From an uncultured Bacillota bacterium (lineage in GTDB: Bacteria; Bacillota_I; Bacilli_A; Erysipelotrichales; Erysipelotrichaceae), in contig CASGCC010000001.1 of the NCBI GenBank assembly GCA_949299585.1, positions 1 to 24,000 of the forward strand: a DNA stretch of 24,000 nt. Reading direction: 5' to 3'. Below are positions 1 through 8,649 of the stretch, piece after piece; position 1 is the first letter of the stretch, and every line of letters starts with the position of its first letter. Made by a program: the position numbers and the translations under genes. The notes under the pieces were generated by a model, which was given only the letters and a program-made list of their open reading frames with translations, ran no database searches and was not told the origin of the DNA.

Positions 1-69
1 CAATTGCCATGCCAAATTTTCTCATGCACCATTCTAGAAGGCTTACATTTGTTGCCTTCTTTTATTGTA

Positions 70-139
70 AAAGCGGATTATGCCTATGCACAATCCGCTT
101 TCTTAAACTTTCTTGGGGTGATATTAACCCCAAGAAAGT
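70..139 (-). terminator. Two tandem stem-loops just downstream of the TraX-family gene (candidate terminator region)
   Basis: Stem ACTTTCTTGGGG/CCCCAAGAAAGT (107-118/128-139) starts 4 nt after the stop codon. A second stem AAAGCGGATT/AATCCGCTTT (70-79/92-101) follows. Only a short T tract follows on the minus strand, so activity is uncertain. Confidence 0.35.
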
Positions 140-142
140 TTA

Positions 143-676
143 CTACTTTTTTTCTGTCGCCCCATCCATTTTTAGAGCGCCAAAATAAAAAATATATAAT
201 AATGGTAACAATTGTAAAGCGCCTTCACAAAATGGAATAGTTATCATACTTAACAAAACTCCAACAAATAACCAACCAAACCGTAAGAAATTAGCTTGCT
301 CCTTAAATTCTTCTAAGCATTTCAATATCAATAAAAATATTGCATAAGTTAATAAGATATTATTTCCAGCAATCAAGGAATAAAAATCCATTTCCCCAGT
401 TAAATAATCTACATTATGAAAAACAATATTAATGGCAACATTCCCCATTAGTGTTAACATCGCAAATCCAAAAGTTCTAAGAAAATATCTTTTTCTACTA
501 CTTGTATGCATAAAACCTTCTACAATAAAAAATAAAAACAATGGTGCTACAAAACGCGTTATTGCACCGGTCCAAACAAGGCCTATATGTAAATAAGTAT
601 GAATATGATCGATAAGCATAAATATCAATCCAACGATTTTTAATTGATAAGATGATAAAGTATTAGCTATTTTCAT
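143..676 (-). CDS. TraX family membrane protein
   Basis: 177-aa polytopic ORF. The N-terminus (LSSYQLKIVGLIFMLIDHIHTYL) matches the TraX-family signature (LK..A...MliDH). Hydrophobic throughout. Confidence 0.7.
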   Translation of the reverse strand: MKIANTLSSYQLKIVGLIFMLIDHIHTYLHIGLVWTGAITRFVAPLFLFFIVEGFMHTSSRKRYFLRTFGFAMLTLMGNVAINIVFHNVDYLTGEMDFYSLIAGNNILLTYAIFLLILKCLEEFKEQANFLRFGWLFVGVLLSMITIPFCEGALQLLPLLYIFYFGALKMDGATEKK

Positions 677-741
677 TTGATTACCTCACACGCTGATTCA
701 TTATATATATCAAATCTTAAATTTTTATTAAGAAAAATCTT

Positions 742-776
742 AAAAAAAACAAAGCTTCTAAAAGCTTTGTTTTTTT
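742..776 (-). terminator. Intrinsic terminator ending the long minus-strand operon (bidirectional shape)
   Basis: Perfect stem ACAAAGCTT/AAGCTTTGT (749-757/762-770) with loop CTAA. It is flanked by an A8 run on one side and a T7 run on the other, directly after the stop codon at 778. Confidence 0.8.
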
Positions 777-777
777 G

Positions 778-1653
778 TTATTCAATTGGTTTTAAATAGA
801 AATGTCCAAAGAAATTTTCTGTTTTAAAAGCATTTACGATGACATGTGGATCAACCTCGCGTAATAACTCAACAACTTCAGAAACCTCATAGCTTGATAC
901 TACTGTATGCAAGATGCTCATTGGTGCCTTGCTATAGCCACCATGACCATCTAAGCGGGATAAGCCATGACGATAATGCTTGATATATGCCGCAATTACC
1001 TCGTCTGGCTTGCTGGTTGTTATCTGCAAGGTCATACGTTCATAACGATGGTAGAAGGAATCAATAGTCTTGGTAGAAATAAATTGAAATAAAATTGAGT
1101 ATCCAGCATATTCCCAGCCAAACATTGCTCCAAAAATTATGATCAAGCAAGCATTGAAAATAAATACTTGTCCCCAGATTGATTTACCCTTTTTATTGGA
1201 AATATACAAAGCAACAAAATCTGTTCCACCAGTTGAAGCATTACCTTTCAAAGCTAATACCGTCATTAAACCATAACTAAAACCACCAAAAATGATATTC
1301 AAAAGTGGGTCATCAAATAATGGCCCAAACTTTAATACCCTCAAGAAAAAGCTAGCACAAAAAACCTGGATCAAAGAAAATATGGTAAAACGCTTGCTGA
1401 TAGTCTTGCTACAAAATAAAGCAACTGGAATATTTAAAGCCAACATTCCTAACGAAGTAGAAAATGAAAAACCAAAGAAAGTACTTGTAATATTTTCTAT
1501 TAGGATAGCAACTCCAGTAAAACCACTAGATAATAGATTCATCGGTTTCATAAAAACCTGAATGATCGCAGCTTGAAAAAAACCAGCTAGCACTACACAA
1601 ACAAGCGTGTATAGTGCACGTGCTTTTTTATTGCTTCTTAATTGTTTTAACAT
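778..1653 (-). CDS. YitT family membrane protein with a DUF2179-type C-terminal domain (paralogue 1, last gene of the operon)
   Basis: 291 aa. The membrane N-terminal part carries GGTDF, and the soluble C-terminal part resembles YitT/DUF2179 proteins. The start ATG overlaps the CutC stop (ATGTTAA), implying translational coupling. About four-fifths identical by eye to the ORF at 14391-15266. Confidence 0.8.
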   Translation of the reverse strand: MLKQLRSNKKARALYTLVCVVLAGFFQAAIIQVFMKPMNLLSSGFTGVAILIENITSTFFGFSFSTSLGMLALNIPVALFCSKTISKRFTIFSLIQVFCASFFLRVLKFGPLFDDPLLNIIFGGFSYGLMTVLALKGNASTGGTDFVALYISNKKGKSIWGQVFIFNACLIIIFGAMFGWEYAGYSILFQFISTKTIDSFYHRYERMTLQITTSKPDEVIAAYIKHYRHGLSRLDGHGGYSKAPMSILHTVVSSYEVSEVVELLREVDPHVIVNAFKTENFFGHFYLKPIE

Positions 1654-2390
1654 ACACTTTTAACGATTTGTTCAACTAATTCTTTCTTAACGACATCATA
1701 GTTATTTTCATTTGGACTAGCTGCATAACAATAATTTACCGCTTTACCAGTTGTAGTTGGATCATTGACCCATCCTTTGCATGAACTATGAACTTGCGAA
1801 ATACCTGTTTCATCCATCATCTGTTTCGCATTAGTTGCATTCATTCCGCTTCCTGCTAACAATTCGATCTTATCACCATATTTGCTTTGCAAATCTTTGA
1901 TCAATTCCATACCATCCATAGCTTTTGCTTGCAAACCACTAGTTAATATCCTATCAACCCCTAATTCGATCAATAGTTCAATTGTTGCATATGGATCTTT
2001 TACACAATCAAATGCTCGATGGAAAACTACTTCTTTACCATAGCTTTTGATAATAGCGATGATTTCTTTAGTTTGTTCAACATCAACATTACCTTGATCA
2101 TTCAAACAACCAAAAGCAATGCCATCAGCCCCATTTTCTAACATGATCTTAGTATCTTCCTTCAAGGTCAAATAATCGGCTTCACTGTAACAAAAACCAG
2201 CGCCTCTTGGTCTGACCATACAAATAACTTTTAATGCAGTATTAGCTTTGGCCAAACGCAAAGCTGCTACTGAAGGTGTTAAGCCTCCTAGATATAAAGC
2301 GCTGTTCAATTCAATACGTTTAGCTCCTCCACGATATGCCGCCAAGGCATCTTCATAGCTTCCGCAACAAACTTCGATCATTCTTTTCAT
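1647..2390 (-). CDS. cutC: CutC family protein (copper homeostasis protein CutC-like TIM barrel)
   Basis: 247 aa. The N-terminus IEVCCGSYEDALAAYRGGAKRIELNSALYLGGLTPS is the typical CutC signature. Confidence 0.85.
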   Translation of the reverse strand: MKRMIEVCCGSYEDALAAYRGGAKRIELNSALYLGGLTPSVAALRLAKANTALKVICMVRPRGAGFCYSEADYLTLKEDTKIMLENGADGIAFGCLNDQGNVDVEQTKEIIAIIKSYGKEVVFHRAFDCVKDPYATIELLIELGVDRILTSGLQAKAMDGMELIKDLQSKYGDKIELLAGSGMNATNAKQMMDETGISQVHSSCKGWVNDPTTTGKAVNYCYAASPNENNYDVVKKELVEQIVKSVC

Positions 2391-2399
2391 AACTTACCC

Positions 2400-3491
2400 C
2401 TACCTTATTTCTATTTTAAAACTATAACGTGGCTTAATGCAATCTAAGATCAACTGTTCATCATCATTGATATGGCCGACTAAGTTATAATTTTCTTTAG
2501 CTAAAATATCTTGTAGCACGATCATAAGTTCTCCGCGATAATGTTTTAAATTATCATTAACTATGATCACATCACCTTTTTTAAAATATGCTTTACTTGT
2601 TTTGCGTGGTACGATCGCATGTTCCTTAAAGATCATCCGAGGCATGCTAGAACGTACGACCAATTCATTGCAATCATCACGTGATGCATGATAATCACAA
2701 GTAATGATTTCTTTTTCAATATCTGTTGCATGAGGGTCAACATCGATCTTCAAAGTGATCTTATTTAGATTTACCTTAGCCATTGCCGCTAATTCTTCTT
2801 CACTTGCAAATGCATTACCAATAAAGAAATCATTATCATATCCTAATGCAACCAAATGACGTAATTGTAGATCAATTGGTAGATCACGATGGCATTCTAA
2901 AGTTGGTAGCCCTTCATATACAGGCCAAGGTCCATGAGTATCCTTTTGTTGAGAACTTACAAACGCTGCATTGTTTAGACCCAATGGCTGATATAATTCA
3001 TTCAATTCCTTGAAACGTTCTAAGCCCATACCAGTATATCTTTGTGGATAAAAATTAGAGCATATACACATATTGCTACGATTTGCACCTGTTTTGATCA
3101 TTAGATCCAAGCTCATCGTACAACTAGCATTATATTCGATCATGATATTATATGGATTTTTAGTAATCTCGATGTCCTCAAATTCTCCAAAATGACCATC
3201 TAAACGAATGATATCAACGCCCATCTTTGCAAATACGCTTAGATCAAAAGGTGTTGCATCTAATTTTTTAAATACTTGTGGATTGGTATCTACTGATACG
3301 ATCAATCCATTTTCATGTGCTACTTCACAGAATTTACTGAAGTTCGCAATAATATCTTCTTTACTTTCAGTAACTGATAATAAACAAGTAAATACTCGTT
3401 TAAAGCCATATTTACCAGCTAATGCCATGTAATCGTAACAAGCTTGATTACCTGCATGCTCTGGATATACTGATATTCCTAATCTTTTCAT
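2400..3491 (-). CDS. DUF871 / MupG-like protein (putative 6-phospho-beta-glycosidase acting on a PTS product)
   Basis: 363 aa. It starts MKRLGISVYPEH, typical of the DUF871 family to which the 6-phospho-N-acetylmuramidase MupG belongs. A TIM-barrel-like N-terminal part is followed by a beta-rich C-terminal domain. RBS AGGAGG lies upstream. Confidence 0.7.
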   Translation of the reverse strand: MKRLGISVYPEHAGNQACYDYMALAGKYGFKRVFTCLLSVTESKEDIIANFSKFCEVAHENGLIVSVDTNPQVFKKLDATPFDLSVFAKMGVDIIRLDGHFGEFEDIEITKNPYNIMIEYNASCTMSLDLMIKTGANRSNMCICSNFYPQRYTGMGLERFKELNELYQPLGLNNAAFVSSQQKDTHGPWPVYEGLPTLECHRDLPIDLQLRHLVALGYDNDFFIGNAFASEEELAAMAKVNLNKITLKIDVDPHATDIEKEIITCDYHASRDDCNELVVRSSMPRMIFKEHAIVPRKTSKAYFKKGDVIIVNDNLKHYRGELMIVLQDILAKENYNLVGHINDDEQLILDCIKPRYSFKIEIR

Positions 3492-3499
3492 AATCCTCC

Positions 3500-4624
3500 T
3501 TATTTTAAGCCTTGCATCAATTCATATAAGGCATAGGCATATATTCGTGTATTAGCTTCGATATCGCATATACGCATCCATTCGTTAGGCAAGTGTCCAA
3601 TTCCTTTTTGTCCTTTGAAACTAGGACCAAATGGTACGATATTCTTAACTACTTTAGCATATGTACCACCTGTAGTTGTAACTGCGCTACCATCATCATC
3701 CATCATCGTTTCATATGCACGTTCTAAACATTTGATCAAATATGTATCCTTTGGAAAATAAACTGGATCGATGTTTGAATCTAATGAAAGCTTCATATTT
3801 TCACTCAAATTAGCTTTTAAAGCTTTTTCCATTTCTTCCAATTTATAAGAAGCAGGATAACTAGATACCAAGGTAAGGCCACAACTTTCAGCATCATGGA
3901 ACATCTCCACTTTTCTTACTTGATTCTTACCAAATTCCGCATCACTATAGTCAACACCTAAGCTAACTGCAAGATCGCTTTGATTTAGGATATAACTATT
4001 CATGAATTTATATAGTTCATCAACATGTTCATTACTAGTAGTGATTCGATAACAAGCTCTACCTCTTTCAGCATAAACAACTGGATATTTGCAATCAGGA
4101 GTAAAACCTAATTTAGGATATGCATGGTCTTTAAAATACCATTTCATATCTTCCATACCAGTTTCTTCATTGGTACCAAAGATGATCTTTACCTTTATTG
4201 GAAAATCATAATTTAGATCTACTAATGTTTTTAGGGCATATAAACATGACATGATAGGTCCTTTATTATCTAGAACGCCTCTGGCATATAAGGTCCCATC
4301 GATTTCTGTGCATGTAAATGGATCAGTTTTCCAGGTCCCATTGATATCAACGACATCTAGATGACCAACGCAAGCAATATATTCTGCACTATCTGGGCCA
4401 TATGAAGCAATGCCTACTTGATTGCCAACATTTTCAACTTCAAAACCTAAATTAGCAGCCAATTCCAAAGCTTTGTTCAAGCAATCTGTCACTCTTTGAC
4501 CAAATGGTGAATCCTCTGTAGCAACATCTTGACGAGAATCCATATTACAAACGGTTTTGATATCATAGATCAAAGATGGCATCAATTCATGAACCTTCGC
4601 AATAATTTGTTCTTTCATGATCAT
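3500..4624 (-). CDS. M20 family metallopeptidase (PepV/Sapep-like dipeptidase type)
   Basis: 374 aa with motifs GHLDVV, W..DPF, YARGVLDNKGP, GTNEETG and TTGGTYA. The start overlaps the upstream stop (ATGA). Confidence 0.8.
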   Translation of the reverse strand: MIMKEQIIAKVHELMPSLIYDIKTVCNMDSRQDVATEDSPFGQRVTDCLNKALELAANLGFEVENVGNQVGIASYGPDSAEYIACVGHLDVVDINGTWKTDPFTCTEIDGTLYARGVLDNKGPIMSCLYALKTLVDLNYDFPIKVKIIFGTNEETGMEDMKWYFKDHAYPKLGFTPDCKYPVVYAERGRACYRITTSNEHVDELYKFMNSYILNQSDLAVSLGVDYSDAEFGKNQVRKVEMFHDAESCGLTLVSSYPASYKLEEMEKALKANLSENMKLSLDSNIDPVYFPKDTYLIKCLERAYETMMDDDGSAVTTTGGTYAKVVKNIVPFGPSFKGQKGIGHLPNEWMRICDIEANTRIYAYALYELMQGLK

Positions 4625-5586
4625 TCTTCCACCGGTGCCATTCTAGTTTTCATGTAATTATCTAACCATTCTTGGCTAGCTTCTTCAAATACGCAATGAC
4701 CATCTTCTTTACGCGTTACCAAATAGACGATTGGCGCAAGATCGGCTGTAGCAACGGAGAATGAGAAGCCTTCAATATTTGTTGCACAACCAAATTCACC
4801 TTTATTATTCATCGCAACAACGCTTAGATCACCAGCTTTGCCACGTTTTGCGACCAATTTAGCATCTAATTCGTTAACTGCTTTTTCACAAGCTGCTTGA
4901 GGGCTCAATCCTTCTTTCATCAATCTAACGATTTCATAAGAGATACAACCTTTCATCAAATCTTCTCCAAGTCCGGTAGCTGTAGCTCCCCCTACTTCGC
5001 TATCTGCATAGAAACCAGAACCAACTAGCGGAGAATCACCCACACGTCCACTACGTTTCATAAACAAACCACTAGTACTAGTTGCCGCTGTAACTGTTCC
5101 ATGATCATCAACACAAACCATACCAACAGTATCATGACCATCATATGGACGTAATTCATCTTGCGCAGCTAGTTCTTTTTTCTTTTTACGATAGAAAGCT
5201 TTTGCACGATCGGTCAACATTTCTTTTTCTTCGAACTTAAATTCACGTGCATATTTAGCAGCACCTTCGCCAACTAATAAGTTATTAACTTTTTCTTCGC
5301 TTAATTTTTTAGCAATGCTTACCGGATTCGCAAAATCTTGGATCGCTGCAATAGCTCCAACGCTCATCGTATCGCCATCCATGTATCCCGCATCTAACTC
5401 AACTACTTGTTCTTCATTTGGTAAACCACCATATCCTACTGATTTATAATATGGGAAATCTTCCACAGCGCGAATAGCTGTTTCAATTGCTTCACCTGCA
5501 GTTTTACCTTCTTTTAACATTTTATCGCTTAATTCGATACCTTCTTTGGCCATACGCCATGTCGCAATTATTCCATGCATGTTCAT
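4621..5586 (-). CDS. Ntn-hydrolase of the glycosylasparaginase type, N4-(beta-N-acetylglucosaminyl)-L-asparaginase-like, cytoplasmic
   Basis: 321 aa. The autoprocessing site GHDTVGMVCVD is HDT as in AGA, not the GTVG of isoaspartyl peptidase or plant-type asparaginase. TSTSG...GRVGDSPLVGSGFYAD...ATATGLGEDLM parallels the human and Flavobacterium AGA beta-subunit. No signal peptide. Confidence 0.75.
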   Translation of the reverse strand: MNMHGIIATWRMAKEGIELSDKMLKEGKTAGEAIETAIRAVEDFPYYKSVGYGGLPNEEQVVELDAGYMDGDTMSVGAIAAIQDFANPVSIAKKLSEEKVNNLLVGEGAAKYAREFKFEEKEMLTDRAKAFYRKKKKELAAQDELRPYDGHDTVGMVCVDDHGTVTAATSTSGLFMKRSGRVGDSPLVGSGFYADSEVGGATATGLGEDLMKGCISYEIVRLMKEGLSPQAACEKAVNELDAKLVAKRGKAGDLSVVAMNNKGEFGCATNIEGFSFSVATADLAPIVYLVTRKEDGHCVFEEASQEWLDNYMKTRMAPVEE

Positions 5587-5594
5587 ATTCTCCT

Positions 5595-6653
5595 TTATTG
5601 TAAATTTTCGTATTTTTCTTTATTTAGATTCTTAACCAAAGCACATAACAATTCAATACAGTTTTCCACATCATCTTCATGGATGATACTATGATTGGTA
5701 TGCATATAACGAATAGGTATAGATAAGGTCATATTGATGATACCTTCATATGTTTTATGGATGTTACCACTATCTGTTCCACCTTTATTGAATACCGCAT
5801 ATTGATAATTGATATCATTTTTTTTAGCTATTTTCTCAACATAATTGACTAGCTTGCGAGGTGCGATCGAATTTGAATCGATCATTGATAACACGACACC
5901 ACCACCAAGCTTACAAATATTTTTATTCATTGGTGTATCACCAGCCAATGTCGTATCAATTGCAAAAGCAATATCAGGATGAACGACATGCGTAGCTGTT
6001 CTTGCCCCTCTTAAACCTGGTTCTTCTTGAATCGTATTAGCTAGATATAGACCTTCATGTTTGATTCCTTGCAAACGACGGGCAACTTCTACCATGATAT
6101 AGTTACCGATACGATCATCAAAAGCTTTACAGCTAATATATTTTGGATCATTCATTTTTTCAAAACGTGCCCAAGGTACCACCATATCACCTATATCGAT
6201 GCCTAGATCTAATACCGCTTGTTTATTGCTAACTCCAAGATCTAGATATACATCGGCAATATTAACGGTTTTATTACGTGCTTCAGCTGGAAGCCCATGG
6301 GTTGCCATGCTACCCATCAAAGCATTATATTTCTTATGATCTTTTGTAACGATCGTAAACCATTGTCCTAAGACCATATGGCTCCACCAGCTACCTATTG
6401 GTTGAACATAAATAAAACCATCATCAGTTATTTCTTTGACCATGAAACCTACTTCATCCATATGAGCAGCAATCATGATCTTAAGGTCTTTATCCTCAAC
6501 ATCCTTATAGCCAATCAAGCTTCCCAAACCATCAAACGATGTAGGAATGTCTAGCTTTTGATAAGCTTTTTTTATGATTTGTGCCACTTCTTCTTCACAC
6601 GAAGAAATACCGCTAGCACAAGCAATCTCTTCCATCAATTTCCAATCAGTCAT
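5595..6653 (-). CDS. M42 family aminopeptidase (FrvX/YpdE/TET type), catalytically intact
   Basis: All M42 metal-ligand motifs are present: AAHMDEVG, AFDDRIG, QEEPGLRGA, AIDTT, RYMHTNHS. The ORF track starts at 6689. I prefer the ATG at 6653 (MTDWKLMEE...), preceded by GGTG at 6-nt spacing, which gives an 8-nt overlap with the upstream gene. Confidence 0.85.
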   Translation of the reverse strand: MTDWKLMEEIACASGISSCEEEVAQIIKKAYQKLDIPTSFDGLGSLIGYKDVEDKDLKIMIAAHMDEVGFMVKEITDDGFIYVQPIGSWWSHMVLGQWFTIVTKDHKKYNALMGSMATHGLPAEARNKTVNIADVYLDLGVSNKQAVLDLGIDIGDMVVPWARFEKMNDPKYISCKAFDDRIGNYIMVEVARRLQGIKHEGLYLANTIQEEPGLRGARTATHVVHPDIAFAIDTTLAGDTPMNKNICKLGGGVVLSMIDSNSIAPRKLVNYVEKIAKKNDINYQYAVFNKGGTDSGNIHKTYEGIINMTLSIPIRYMHTNHSIIHEDDVENCIELLCALVKNLNKEKYENLQ

Positions 6654-7668
6654 TTTCATCACCAAAGCCACAATTATCGATGATTTCATTATTCAAATGA
6701 TGTAAATATGCATATAAACCATCTACCACAGCATTGACATCATCTTTCGCAACCATTTCATTTGCGCTGCCCATGTTAATTACAGGCATACCTACGCTAA
6801 CACAAGGGGTACCACCCAAGGTCTTATGGATAAACGAACCATCATTACCAGTAAAGCCAAAATATGCTTTTGGTTTTAATTGTGAACAAATATCAGCCAA
6901 TAGACGTTTTGAAGGTAACATTTGCTTATCATAATAACCAACGATGACCCCATCACCTAAAGTTACATCATTATTAGCACCATCAAAGCCTGTTAAAGCA
7001 ATTGCCATATTTGGCTTGATCACATAAGTAGCTGTTTGTGTACCACGATAGCCAATGGTCGATTGAGCGATACATCCCAAAGCAATGTTGTATTCAAATT
7101 CCTCATCTTTGATTTTTTCTAACAAAGCCATCGTTACTTCATTTAAGCTACGAATAGCCAAAGCTTTGCCCATCATGATTTCGCCATCAACAAAGTTTGC
7201 AGCATAACCAACTAGATCCCCTGGTCTTACCATTTCCAAAACTTTTTCTTTTGGCAATGCACATTTGATACAAAGATCATCTGCAGTTTTTATTTCACAT
7301 TTATCTTCTAAAACTTTTTTCTTCGTGCTTACGACCCCGTAAATACATTTGTTATCTCGAGTCAAAACACAAACCCTTTGATTCAAGAAAGAATTCAAAG
7401 CAAATCCTTCTAATTGAATGAATGATAAGCTACCATCTTTCCTAACTTCACTAACCATACAACCAAATTCATCCAATGGTGTTGCAATCATCAATGTTTT
7501 TGCGTTTTCAGCCTTACTAGCTTTATATGCAAAAATAGAACCTAAACGATCTTTCTTGATTGAAACATCTTGTGCTTCATAATTTTCTTTTATTGTTTTA
7601 GCAACCGCTTCTTCTGCACTGCTTACCCCTAAAGTTGCGATCAATTTTTCTAATCTATCTGTATTCAT
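6646..7668 (-). CDS. M42-family paralogue lacking all metal-binding and catalytic residues (pseudo-peptidase)
   Basis: 340 aa, collinear with the adjacent M42 protein. The motifs read ATPLDEFG (H lost), KALAIRS (DD lost), AQSTIGYRG (EE lost), AIALTGF (D lost) and VINMGSANE (H lost). Confidence 0.75.
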   Translation of the reverse strand: MNTDRLEKLIATLGVSSAEEAVAKTIKENYEAQDVSIKKDRLGSIFAYKASKAENAKTLMIATPLDEFGCMVSEVRKDGSLSFIQLEGFALNSFLNQRVCVLTRDNKCIYGVVSTKKKVLEDKCEIKTADDLCIKCALPKEKVLEMVRPGDLVGYAANFVDGEIMMGKALAIRSLNEVTMALLEKIKDEEFEYNIALGCIAQSTIGYRGTQTATYVIKPNMAIALTGFDGANNDVTLGDGVIVGYYDKQMLPSKRLLADICSQLKPKAYFGFTGNDGSFIHKTLGGTPCVSVGMPVINMGSANEMVAKDDVNAVVDGLYAYLHHLNNEIIDNCGFGDEND

Positions 7669-7683
7669 ATTTCTCCTTTTAAT

Positions 7684-8595
7684 TTAACGTTTGACAGATT
7701 TTGCCATGCTCATATACGTATGTCTTGCACCACGAATAGCTAAGCCATAATGATAGATATTGTCAAAACGTTCAACATTTGCATCTCCAATATGATGAAT
7801 ATCCGTTCCGCTCATCTTGCACATCAACGCTATTTGATTTATTGTTTCCTTGCTAGCTCCTTCTTGTGAAGTGCCAATGGCTGTCATTGTCAAAGCCCCT
7901 AAAGCATGAGCATATTTGACCATTTTTTGGATATAGTCTAATCCAATACCAGGAACTGTCCCAGGTGATGGCATGCAGATGATATCTGCGCCAGCATCTA
8001 CAAGTTCTTTGATAAGACCTTCGTTGATGATATTTTCTCCAGCATCATCTACGCTACCTGCTGCATGCATCTTACCTGCCATCAATATTATCTTGTCTTG
8101 GCAAAGTGGCTTGATCTTCTTTAAGGTTTCTACAATTTTCGCATTGGTTACGCCTGTTCCTGGATTTCCCGTTAATAAAATTATATCTGCGCCTAATTCA
8201 ATAGCTCTTTCAACGGTCTCAACAGTAGCCAAACGTCCTTTAGCAATTTCATCAATTTCCCCCATTGCTACAACTTTGGGATCGACCGGTTCTAAATTCA
8301 CCCCAACTATCCTACCTGTAAGTTCTTTAACACGTTTAATAGCTAAAGACTTATCTGTAACATCGAGACCTGGAATCATTGGATCAAATACATCTAGCCA
8401 ATTATATAGGATGATATCCGCGCCAAATGCACTCTTAAGTTCAGCATCTGTTATTCCATGTATTACTGATGCTGGCGAAATTACTGTTGATTCAGTAGCA
8501 ATTATCCTTCCTTCACTTGCTCTAATGCTTTCTAGCATCTCTTTAGGTGTCATTTTCGCTATTTGAGAAGCATAACAATTCAATAATCTTTTCAT
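7684..8595 (-). CDS. Conserved hypothetical protein, probably a (beta/alpha)-barrel enzyme of unknown function
   Basis: 303-aa ORF with RBS AAGAGG 5 nt upstream. It shows an alternating strand/helix pattern with Gly-rich loops (LLTGNPGTGV, MPSPGTVPGI, AGKMHAAG). I could not assign a family from memory. Confidence 0.5.
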   Translation of the reverse strand: MKRLLNCYASQIAKMTPKEMLESIRASEGRIIATESTVISPASVIHGITDAELKSAFGADIILYNWLDVFDPMIPGLDVTDKSLAIKRVKELTGRIVGVNLEPVDPKVVAMGEIDEIAKGRLATVETVERAIELGADIILLTGNPGTGVTNAKIVETLKKIKPLCQDKIILMAGKMHAAGSVDDAGENIINEGLIKELVDAGADIICMPSPGTVPGIGLDYIQKMVKYAHALGALTMTAIGTSQEGASKETINQIALMCKMSGTDIHHIGDANVERFDNIYHYGLAIRGARHTYMSMAKSVKR

Positions 8596-8614
8596 GATAA
8601 CCTCTTTTTTTCCT

Positions 8615-8642
8615 AAAAAAGGCCTTATTGAATAATAAGGCC
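8615..8642 (-). terminator. Intrinsic-terminator-like hairpin inside the operon, between the transporter module and the enzyme module
   Basis: On the minus strand: GGCCTTATT-ATTC-AATAAGGCC followed by TTTTTT, beginning 7 nt after the stop at 8650. The RBS and ATG of the next gene follow within about 20 nt. Confidence 0.6.
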
Positions 8643-8649
8643 CTTTTTG

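Noticed and set aside
4-240. 78-aa plus-strand ORF at the window start
   Set aside because: It overlaps the 3' end of the TraX-family gene and two terminator-like hairpins. It has no RBS or recognisable motifs.
7973-8566. 197-aa plus-strand ORF, the longest unassigned ORF in the track
   Set aside because: It lies entirely antisense to the 303-aa minus-strand gene. Its product is low-complexity and Ser/Ile/Pro/Ala-rich, it has no RBS, and it looks like a typical shadow frame of an AT-rich gene.
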